A DNA stretch of 47,149 nt from a phage: sequence record PZ445406.1; one strand, written 5' to 3'. This document shows, piece after piece, positions 27,126 through 34,417 of this stretch (the first letter of the stretch is position 1; each line of letters starts with the position of its first letter). A program made the position numbers and the translations under genes. Under the pieces are notes generated by a model. It was given only the letters and a program-made list of their open reading frames with translations, searched no databases and was not told the DNA's origin.

Positions 27126-29120
27126 ATGTTACCTATCGAGAAGCTGGTTGCAAACTTTGATAAAGAAAGAATTAAACAGATTCAGAAAGATTACCAGTTT
27201 GGCGAGATAACCCCTTACGAGTTCCAGTGCGTTACATTTGATGCAATTGGGAAGGCTATTGGCAAGTATGAGGCCCCATTTATCGCAGATCTTTCTGTGT
27301 CTGCTGGTAAGACAATCATTCTTGCCATGATTGGTAAGCGCATGGAGCAATTGGGATTGCCTTACATGGTTCTATCTCGCCAGTCAGAGATAATCAGCCA
27401 GAACTCAGAGGAACTTCGTAACTTCGGCATCCGTAACAGCGTATATTGCGCCGGCCTTAACGTTAAATCAGTTTATTACCCAACCATAGTTGCTAGTGAG
27501 GGCACGGCAGCCAACGGCTTGTTTAAGGGGCTTGGTGACTACGTCCCTGCAGTTATCGCAATAGACGAATGTCACATGGTCGATCACATGGATATTGTAG
27601 AAGCTGAGGAGAACGAAGAAACATTTGAGCAAATGAGCACAAAGAAAGGAGAAATGGTATTTAAAGATGGCGTTAATACCGGATTGCTTGGCACTGGTCG
27701 TGCGCAGTACACGCTAATCATCACCGAAATGAAAAGGCGATGCCGCGAGAAGTACGGTCGCGAGCTTAGAATTTTTGGCCTAACTGGCAGCCCGTATCGA
27801 AATAACGATCACATAGTGGTTAGCAATCCAAATGTTCGTGGATTCTGGCGCAAGACAGTGATTCAGGTGCCAACTAATTACCTTGTTGATTTGGGATTTG
27901 TTGTGCCTACTGTTTATGGCGAGGTTGGCGATTTGGGTTACGATCTTAGTGAGTTTGTGCCCGATGGGAACGATGGCGTGAAGGACTTTGGCAAGAAAGA
28001 AATGGATGCAATGGAAGAGAAAATCCACCAAAGCCAATCCATGACGCAAAAGATTATGCAATTTGCTGCAAAGTTCATGGAGACTCGTAACTCGGCTCTT
28101 GTGACATGTTCTGGTAAGCGTCACTGCGAGGAAGCGGCAGCGTCGCTTCCTGATGGTGTGACATGGGCTATAGTAACTGACTCTACAGGTGAGAAAAAGC
28201 GCCGTGAGATTCTGGCTGATGCATATGAAGGTAAGTATAAATTCATATTTCAGATAGGTTGCCTCACAACCGGCGTTAACGTTCCACCATGGGATACATC
28301 AATCATTCTGCGCAAAGTTGGTAGTATCACGCTTCTTATTCAGCTTTTGGGTAGAGGAATGCGAATTCTTAAGAAGAAGCATAAGGAAATGGGAATGGTT
28401 AAGGATGATCACGTGGTGCTTGACTTTGCTGGTACTCTTGATGACATGGCAGAATTGTACTTTGACCCAATCATAGAAGAAGTTCAGGACCAGAAGTTCA
28501 AATCGTCACGAAAAAGTGGCGACAATCCAAGGGTATGTCCTGCCTGCGGCTATGAGAACTCTCCTTTTGCTCGTCGCTGCAATAACGTAATTGATGGGAA
28601 ACGTTGTGAGCATTTTTTTAAATTTCGCTTGTGCGAAGACATAGAGGACCAGCAGACAAAAGTTACTATTAAGAAAGGTTGTGGTGAGAAGAATGATATT
28701 GCCGCTAAAAACTGCAGGTGCTGTGGCGAGATGCTTATTGACCCTAACGCAAAGTTGTCTGGAAAGATGTATCGACAAGGGGATTGGTTGAGAGTTTACG
28801 GATTCAGTATTGGGTTAACTAAAAACCAAACCGGAATCGTTGCTCGATATGAAATCATGGCTCACAGCGGGGATAGGTTTGTTGCTTACGAAACTTTCTT
28901 TCCAGAGAGTGATCATCGCGTCTGCTCTGTAAAGTGGAAGGCGTTTTGCCAAACCCACATCGCCAACAAAACAGAAGCATTTCGCATCGGAAGACTTCGA
29001 AACACTAAAATGATTATGACCAATGCAAGTCAATTCCGTGAACCTATGAGAGTGACGCACAGAAAAAACCAGAAAGGTCAGGATATTATCGCAAATAAAT
29101 CTTTTACTATGGAGGATTGA
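27126..29120 (+). CDS. SF2 DNA helicase with C-terminal zinc ribbons
   Basis: Walker A-like SAGKT, DECH box, multiple CxxC pairs at C-terminus. Confidence 0.65.
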   Translation: MLPIEKLVANFDKERIKQIQKDYQFGEITPYEFQCVTFDAIGKAIGKYEAPFIADLSVSAGKTIILAMIGKRMEQLGLPYMVLSRQSEIISQNSEELRNFGIRNSVYCAGLNVKSVYYPTIVASEGTAANGLFKGLGDYVPAVIAIDECHMVDHMDIVEAEENEETFEQMSTKKGEMVFKDGVNTGLLGTGRAQYTLIITEMKRRCREKYGRELRIFGLTGSPYRNNDHIVVSNPNVRGFWRKTVIQVPTNYLVDLGFVVPTVYGEVGDLGYDLSEFVPDGNDGVKDFGKKEMDAMEEKIHQSQSMTQKIMQFAAKFMETRNSALVTCSGKRHCEEAAASLPDGVTWAIVTDSTGEKKRREILADAYEGKYKFIFQIGCLTTGVNVPPWDTSIILRKVGSITLLIQLLGRGMRILKKKHKEMGMVKDDHVVLDFAGTLDDMAELYFDPIIEEVQDQKFKSSRKSGDNPRVCPACGYENSPFARRCNNVIDGKRCEHFFKFRLCEDIEDQQTKVTIKKGCGEKNDIAAKNCRCCGEMLIDPNAKLSGKMYRQGDWLRVYGFSIGLTKNQTGIVARYEIMAHSGDRFVAYETFFPESDHRVCSVKWKAFCQTHIANKTEAFRIGRLRNTKMIMTNASQFREPMRVTHRKNQKGQDIIANKSFTMED

Positions 29121-29121
29121 T

Positions 29122-29541
29122 ATGAAAATTACAGATAAGGTTGATTACATTGAGTTTTACCCAGGCCCTGTTAATTCATGCCCTAAAGAGGATGACGAAC
29201 AAATCTTTTGCTCTGATTGGGTTAAGTATAACTATCCAGACATGGTGTTTTTCCACTGCGTGAATGAGGGTAAGAAAACAATTGGACAAGCAAGAAAAGA
29301 CCAGGCTAAGGGTTTATTGAAGGGCGTATCTGACTGCATGTTTCTGATACCTGAATCTATCCGAGGCAAATACCCTTTCGGAGCCATAGAGCTAAAGAGG
29401 GCAGGAAAAACACAGGCAAGCCCAGTCAGTGACGAACAGAAGTCCTTCCTGAAAAGCGTAAGAGAATCAGGCGGCTTCGCGGCTGTAGCCTATGGTCGCG
29501 AGGGTTTTCTGGCAGCATTCAAAGAAATGATTTCAAAATAG
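29122..29541 (+). CDS. VRR-NUC-like PD-(D/E)XK nuclease
   Basis: D...ELK signature (SDCMF...IELKRAGK); GGAGGA SD. Confidence 0.5.
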   Translation: MKITDKVDYIEFYPGPVNSCPKEDDEQIFCSDWVKYNYPDMVFFHCVNEGKKTIGQARKDQAKGLLKGVSDCMFLIPESIRGKYPFGAIELKRAGKTQASPVSDEQKSFLKSVRESGGFAAVAYGREGFLAAFKEMISK

Positions 29542-29581
29542 CACGAATTGCTAAAGGTATTTCGCAGGGATGCGATATAGT
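29538..29581 (+). promoter_or_regulatory. phage-type promoter module
   Basis: ATAGCACGAATTGCTA, 22-bp spacer, TATAGT, leader TTACCCCATCGAAACGAAA. Confidence 0.55.
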
Positions 29582-29619
29582 TACCCCATCGAAACGAAAC
29601 ACTAAAAGAGAGAAACAAA

Positions 29620-29823
29620 ATGGCCACTATCTACACCACTAAGAAATACATTTCACGTAAAACTGGTTACGAGTATAACCTGGTTCTTGATGACTCGCTC
29701 GGCATGCTTCTCGCTGACGCTGAAGATGCTGAATACTGCTTTGAAGTTAGCTCGACTTACAAAGATGATTTAGAAACTGTTAAAAACGTATTCGGCGAAA
29801 AATTTGATGAGGTGTCAGAATGA
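29620..29823 (+). CDS. hypothetical small protein, paralog A1
   Basis: C-terminus identical to next gene; own phage-type promoter. Confidence 0.55.
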   Translation: MATIYTTKKYISRKTGYEYNLVLDDSLGMLLADAEDAEYCFEVSSTYKDDLETVKNVFGEKFDEVSE

Positions 29824-29863
29824 GAGTGGTAGTTGTAAACTGGAAAACTGGAGAGGATTCAAA

Positions 29864-29907
29864 ATAGCACGAATTGCTAAACTATGACGCATGGAAGCGT
29901 GTATTAT
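29864..29907 (+). promoter_or_regulatory. phage-type promoter module (duplicated copy)
   Basis: ATAGCACGAATTGCTA, 22-bp spacer, TATTAT. Confidence 0.55.
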
Positions 29908-29940
29908 CAACTCATCGAAAAGAAACTAGGAGAGAAAAAA

Positions 29941-30134
29941 TGAATACTATCTATACTGCTAAATTCTACGAATCACGCAAAACCGGTTACCAGTATGAAT
30001 TAGTAATTACAGATGACGGTTATTTTCTTGATGATGGTGAGGGGTACTCATTCGAAGTTAGCCCAACCTACAAGGATGATTTAGAGACTGTTAAAAACGT
30101 ATTCGGCGAAAAATTTGATGAGGTGTCAGAATGA
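29941..30134 (+). CDS. hypothetical small protein, paralog A2
   Basis: ATG 29941 after phage-type promoter; last 22 aa identical to A1. Confidence 0.55.
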
Positions 30135-30289
30135 GAGTGGTAGTTGTAAACTGGAAAACTGGAGAGGATTCAGAATTCTTCTTCAATACATTCTCGCAAT
30201 ACATTGATAAGTATGTTTTCGTTATTGATGGTGAGTGTGAGGTTGTTGTTCCTATTAAGCTAATTGATGGATTGGGAGTATCAGGATAA
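30131..30289 (+). CDS. hypothetical 52-aa protein
   Basis: ATGA overlap with A2; a 15-aa truncated copy follows A1; not in ORF track. Confidence 0.4.
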   Translation: MRVVVVNWKTGEDSEFFFNTFSQYIDKYVFVIDGECEVVVPIKLIDGLGVSG

Positions 30290-30510
30290 TGGCAATTTTT
30301 ACATTTGAGAATCAATGGGAAGCATTTAAGGTAATGGCAGCGGAGGAATTATACAAGGCATATTATAAGCGTGATTTATGGGGATTGGTGCATTGCCTGG
30401 ATATGAGCTTTGAAGAAGACTACCTGAACACCGATATCGAAACATGGCGAGACAGGATGGTTGCTGATATCGAAGAGATGAAAAAAGATTGCCCGGAGGA
30501 TTTTTTATGA
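30289..30510 (+). CDS. hypothetical acidic protein
   Basis: TAATG overlap with upstream ORF. Confidence 0.45.
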   Translation: MAIFTFENQWEAFKVMAAEELYKAYYKRDLWGLVHCLDMSFEEDYLNTDIETWRDRMVADIEEMKKDCPEDFL

Positions 30511-30692
30511 TTGGCATCTGCGTAAAAACGAATGGGCAATTTACACTACTCGAGGATTACGAAATCAACTCTCATTCAGATGAGGTAACAGTGTTTAGCG
30601 ATGATGGATGCTATTGGTTCCTTAGTTATCAAGGTGATGGCTACTACGGATGCATTGATTCAAACGGAAAAGAAGTTAGTTTCTTAGTCTAA
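30507..30692 (+). CDS. hypothetical protein
   Basis: ATG 30507 with GGAGGA SD (track start 30489 is TTG). Confidence 0.45.
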   Translation: MIGICVKTNGQFTLLEDYEINSHSDEVTVFSDDGCYWFLSYQGDGYYGCIDSNGKEVSFLV

Positions 30693-30735
30693 TAGCACTT
30701 TTTGTTAAAACTAAAATCCACGGATGGATTATATT
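30692..30735 (+). promoter_or_regulatory. phage-type promoter module
   Basis: ATAGCAC-tttt-TTGTTA, 22-bp spacer, TATATT. Confidence 0.5.
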
Positions 30736-30767
30736 AAGCACATAAACAACGCAGAGGATTTTGAATA

Positions 30768-30893
30768 ATGAAAATCGTAGACAAAGAAATGTTTGAAATT
30801 GCACAGACTTATGCAAATGAAGCAGTTAAAACCGGCTCATATTTCTACTGGATGTGCGCTAAAGAATACCTGAAAATGGCTTACGGGTTATGA
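30768..30893 (+). CDS. hypothetical 41-aa protein
   Basis: After phage-type promoter; ATGA coupling to next gene; not in ORF track. Confidence 0.35.
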   Translation: MKIVDKEMFEIAQTYANEAVKTGSYFYWMCAKEYLKMAYGL

Positions 30894-31138
30894 TAATTGA
30901 AACTGGGCGCGAAGCTGTATGGGCGCATTGCGGGGAGGCTGGATTGCAAGATGACATTAAGCAGATATCCCGCTTCTTTGAAATAAAAGATATCAGCGTT
31001 GTCTTTAATGGTAAATTCTCATACATGGATGAGCGACCAAGAAAATACGTAAGAGTTAAGCCAGGTGTCAGGATTGATGTTAATGAATTCCTTAAATCTG
31101 AGGGATTCAAGTTTAAGATAACGAAGTCTAAGGATTAA
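30890..31138 (+). CDS. hypothetical protein
   Basis: 82-aa ORF. Confidence 0.45.
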   Translation: MIIETGREAVWAHCGEAGLQDDIKQISRFFEIKDISVVFNGKFSYMDERPRKYVRVKPGVRIDVNEFLKSEGFKFKITKSKD

Positions 31139-31140
31139 GT

Positions 31141-31392
31141 ATGTTGGGTTTAGATTTTCAGCCAGAGCATTATGATTTAGTGTATGGGCAAAGTGGATCG
31201 AAGTTTAGAGCGATACCTATTGCTGACTGGTTCCCTCCTGACTATGTTGATGTGAACGCAAAAACTAAAGAAGGAAAGTGGGTACAGATTTACTACTCCC
31301 CAGCATGCGGAAACCTTTGCATGACTGACCTTGATCAGAAATTAGCAATTAGTGCGGAAGTGATAGACTACTGGTTGAAAGAAGTTGAATGA
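31141..31392 (+). CDS. hypothetical protein
   Basis: AAGGA SD. Confidence 0.45.
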   Translation: MLGLDFQPEHYDLVYGQSGSKFRAIPIADWFPPDYVDVNAKTKEGKWVQIYYSPACGNLCMTDLDQKLAISAEVIDYWLKEVE

Positions 31393-31475
31393 CGAGCCTA
31401 ATACTAGTAGCATCGTTACCACTGTTTAGCTTTACTATCTTATACTTTATCGTAATGAATTAAGGAACTTTTATA

Positions 31476-32606
31476 ATGGCAACCGCAAAAATCACCAACG
31501 AACAATTGCGCGAAGAGTTAGCAAATGGCATGACCAACAAGGCAATCGCAGAGAAGTACGGAATGAACATTCGCAACGTTGAATTGCGTCGCAGTAAATT
31601 AGCTAAACAAGGCGAAGGGCATGGTCGCGATGTAAGCAACTTAATCCCTCAGGGCTATGCAGTTAAAGGCGTCTCCAGCTTAATTGGTGCTGATGGCGAG
31701 ATTAAGCAACAGTGGGTTAAATCAGATATCGACAAGGAGAAGCAAGAAGAGATGATGCTTCAGGCAATTCAGGCCCTAACTGATGAGTTGCCGCGTGAGA
31801 AAGCTAAAGCTTTAAGGGTTGGTTTATGGGAAGATACTTTAAGCCTTTACCCCGTGTTCGACCTCCACATTGGAGCAATGGCTCATCATGCTGAGTGTGG
31901 TGAGAACTATAGTACTGAAATCGCTGAGAGAGTTCTTAATGATTACTTTGATTACGCGGTTGCAAAGGCCCCCAACTCCAAGAAAGCTGTATTGCTGATT
32001 GGGGGTGACTTCCTTCACTCTGACGGAATGGAAGCGGTAACACCAACCAGTCGTCATGTTCTTGATCAAGATAGCCGTTATCACAAACTTGTTTACGTAG
32101 CAGTGCGAGCGACACGTCGAGCAATTAGCCGTATGCTTGATAAGCACGCCGAGGTTGAGGTTCAGATTATTCCAGGTAACCACGATCTCTCAGGTATGAT
32201 TTGGCTTCGTGCTGCAATGGCAGCTTTCTATATGGATGAGCCTCGAGTTAATGTTGATGCGTCCCCCGCTGCGCTTCACGTAACGCAATTTGGGAAGACG
32301 CTGCTTGGTTACTGCCATGGGCACGAACTCAAAAAGCCTGATACCCGACTATCAGCACTGGCTCGTGACCATCGCAAAGCATTTGGTGAATCAGAGTATG
32401 TTTACACCCATTCAGGCCACTATCACCATCAAACTATTACGGAAGGAAATCTGGGTATTGATGAATCACACGGCCAGCTTGGAGCGAAAGATGCGTACAG
32501 TGCTAACGGAGGTTATCGCTCTTACCGACAGGCTTCGGTGATAATTTATAGTCCTGAGTTTGGTGAGATTGGACGATTTACTTGCCGCCCGGAAATGTTT
32601 AGTTAA
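31476..32606 (+). CDS. calcineurin-like metallophosphoesterase with N-terminal HTH-like segment
   Basis: DLHIG, GGDFLHSDG and IPGNHD motifs in phosphoesterase order; HTH-like KAIAEKYGMNIRNVELRRSKL. Confidence 0.5.
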   Translation: MATAKITNEQLREELANGMTNKAIAEKYGMNIRNVELRRSKLAKQGEGHGRDVSNLIPQGYAVKGVSSLIGADGEIKQQWVKSDIDKEKQEEMMLQAIQALTDELPREKAKALRVGLWEDTLSLYPVFDLHIGAMAHHAECGENYSTEIAERVLNDYFDYAVAKAPNSKKAVLLIGGDFLHSDGMEAVTPTSRHVLDQDSRYHKLVYVAVRATRRAISRMLDKHAEVEVQIIPGNHDLSGMIWLRAAMAAFYMDEPRVNVDASPAALHVTQFGKTLLGYCHGHELKKPDTRLSALARDHRKAFGESEYVYTHSGHYHHQTITEGNLGIDESHGQLGAKDAYSANGGYRSYRQASVIIYSPEFGEIGRFTCRPEMFS

Positions 32607-32649
32607 TAGCACTTTTTGCCTAACGCATGCCGTAGAAATGCGGCATAAT
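32606..32649 (+). promoter_or_regulatory. phage-type promoter module
   Basis: ATAGCAC-tttt-TTGCCT, 22-bp spacer, CATAAT, leader TACCACATCGAAACGAAA. Confidence 0.5.
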
Positions 32650-32690
32650 TACCACATCGAAACGAAATGAACTAAACGAGGAAACACAAA

Positions 32691-32867
32691 ATGACTAAAA
32701 TGATTTATTGCACCAAAAACAACTCCAAGACGCTACCATTTACAGTTAACCAGCCGTACAATGCAGAGTACCAGGGTGATGGATATTACAAGATTTACGG
32801 CGACGATATGACGTGGATTTTAGCGCCGATTGAAGGTTCACTGGTTGAATTCATTATCGCTGACTAG
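32691..32867 (+). CDS. hypothetical 58-aa protein
   Basis: Phage-type promoter and leader upstream, terminator downstream; not in ORF track. Confidence 0.4.
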   Translation: MTKMIYCTKNNSKTLPFTVNQPYNAEYQGDGYYKIYGDDMTWILAPIEGSLVEFIIAD

Positions 32868-32893
32868 CACAGAAAAAACATAGCGTTACGAAC

Positions 32894-32919
32894 GGGGAGC
32901 CTTTTGGCTCCCTTTTTTT
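32894..32919 (+). terminator. intrinsic terminator before lysis cassette
   Basis: GGGAGCC-tttt-GGCTCCC hairpin plus T7. Confidence 0.6.
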
Positions 32920-32997
32920 GTGCTTCTTTTACGAGCAGGGCTAATGTATCATTCTTTTACTAACTTAAACATTGACAAATACATAAAGGTGGATCAC

Positions 32998-33213
32998 ATG
33001 AGGGAAGTAATTAACGCCGCTACGGCATCAACTGGCGGTGCCGCGGTAACTGGCGCAGCAACTGGTCAAATGACCATAGCAATAATCAGTCTTATCGCTC
33101 TTATCATTTTTGGTGCGTGGGGGGCTTACTGGAAGTATAAGGACAGCCAGGCGATTCGCAGAGCACTTGAGTCGGGAGATTTAAAGACAGCAATCAAGAT
33201 AAGGAGCAAATAA
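32998..33213 (+). CDS. holin (putative)
   Basis: ATG 32998 with AAGGTGG SD; one strong TM helix; directly upstream of endolysin. Confidence 0.5.
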   Translation: MREVINAATASTGGAAVTGAATGQMTIAIISLIALIIFGAWGAYWKYKDSQAIRRALESGDLKTAIKIRSK

Positions 33214-33699
33214 ATGAAGCAGAAGCTGCTAATTAGCGCGGCTACGGCTGCGGCAATATACATCGCAGCACCGCTTATTGAGCTCGTTGAGGGTGTGGAG
33301 AACGAGACTTACATAGACATTGCCGGGGTGAAAACCGTATGCGCAGGTGTCACTGGCCCTGACGTGGTTTGGGGTAAAACATACAGCAACAGTGAATGCC
33401 GGAAGCTGCTGGAGAAACACATTCAAATTCACGCAAAGCATGTTCAGAATGCAGTTACCCACCCAATTGCACCGCAGACAATGGCGGCTTTAATCAGTTT
33501 TAGCTACAACGTTGGCGGTCATGCCATGAAGAATTCAACGGCAATCCGACTAATCAATCAGGGTAAAGTGGAGCAGGGTTGCAAGGCTCTCGGGATGTGG
33601 ACAAAGGCTACCGTTAATGGCAAGAAGGTTGTCGTTAAGGGGTTAGTGAATCGCAGGAATGAGGAGATTAAGTTATGCTTAAGTGGGTTGCAGCGTTAG
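33214..33699 (+). CDS. SAR endolysin (lysozyme, P1 Lyz / phage 21 R-like)
   Basis: Ala-rich weakly hydrophobic N-terminal SAR-like helix; blocks resembling P1 Lyz from memory. Confidence 0.8.
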   Translation: MKQKLLISAATAAAIYIAAPLIELVEGVENETYIDIAGVKTVCAGVTGPDVVWGKTYSNSECRKLLEKHIQIHAKHVQNAVTHPIAPQTMAALISFSYNVGGHAMKNSTAIRLINQGKVEQGCKALGMWTKATVNGKKVVVKGLVNRRNEEIKLCLSGLQR

Positions 33700-34064
33700 T
33701 AATGTGCGTATCTTTATCTGGATGTTCAGCGACTGATGCACTGACCGGATTGATTGGCAGTAAGCCGGAAATTAGTGCGCAGGCTGGTGCAGAGAATAAC
33801 AAGGTTGGAGTTGGGTTAACGAATAAGGTTGACTCAAGTAACTCCAGCGAAGCCACTGTGAAAGACTCTAAAGTTGGCTCGCTAGATAGCTCAAGCGGGA
33901 AAAAGACTGCTGACAACTCTATTAAGGCATCTACAATCACCGCGGAAAAGATTGAGATTACCAACAACGAATCATCCGCACTTCCGTGGATTGGAACTGG
34001 AGCAATGGGGTTGCTGGTTCTGATTCTCATGGCATTAATCTTAAGACGTAAAAAAGCCTCCTAA
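33675..34064 (+). CDS. unimolecular spanin (T1 gp11-like)
   Basis: Lipobox LSGC plus C-terminal TM helix; overlaps endolysin 3' end. Confidence 0.6.
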   Translation: MLKWVAALVMCVSLSGCSATDALTGLIGSKPEISAQAGAENNKVGVGLTNKVDSSNSSEATVKDSKVGSLDSSSGKKTADNSIKASTITAEKIEITNNESSALPWIGTGAMGLLVLILMALILRRKKAS

Positions 34065-34080
34065 TGGAGGCTATATTTTT
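34051..34080. terminator. bidirectional terminator after spanin
   Basis: AGCCTCC-taat-GGAGGCT with flanking A-run and T-run. Confidence 0.55.
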
Positions 34081-34414
34081 AGCTAAATAACTCGTCGTCA
34101 GTCATTGTTCCTATATTCATCATCTCTTTTATGTACTTGCTTTGATACCCGTTAAGCGCCTCGAAGTTAAACTCAAATGGCCTCTTCAAGCTACCCTTGC
34201 TAGCAAACTCACCGCACTTACCATCAATGTATCCCATGCTAAGCATCTTCGCGCAGAACTCCTTTGAAGCGGCGCTGCAAAATTCTCTGTGAGATAATCC
34301 TGCTGCTTTGCTAAATCTCTCAGAGTCCTTGTGTTGGTAGATGAATCGCGCCAAATGCTGGCGCGTAAAGTATGAATACGACTCACAGAAGCGGTATAAA
34401 TCCAAAATGAACAT
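34079..34414 (-). CDS. hypothetical protein
   Basis: 111-aa ORF downstream of ATPase gene; bidirectional terminator at its 3' end. Confidence 0.45.
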   Translation of the reverse strand: MFILDLYRFCESYSYFTRQHLARFIYQHKDSERFSKAAGLSHREFCSAASKEFCAKMLSMGYIDGKCGEFASKGSLKRPFEFNFEALNGYQSKYIKEMMNIGTMTDDELFS

Positions 34415-34417
34415 TCA

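Larger units (their letters stand above)
29533..30190 (+). repeat. tandem duplication of promoter plus small-gene unit (~330 bp x2)
   Basis: Both units start TTCAAAATAGCACGAATTGCTAAA and end with the same ~65-nt tail; middles diverged. Confidence 0.65.

Noticed and set aside
29538-29553. The ATAGCACGAATTGCTA element resembles a sigma54 promoter (TGGCACG-N4-TTGCW)
   Set aside because: The GC of TTGC is 2 bp closer to the CAC than sigma54 spacing requires, the GG dinucleotide is AG, and a TATAGT-like -10 sits 22 bp downstream, so it does not fit a -24/-12 promoter.
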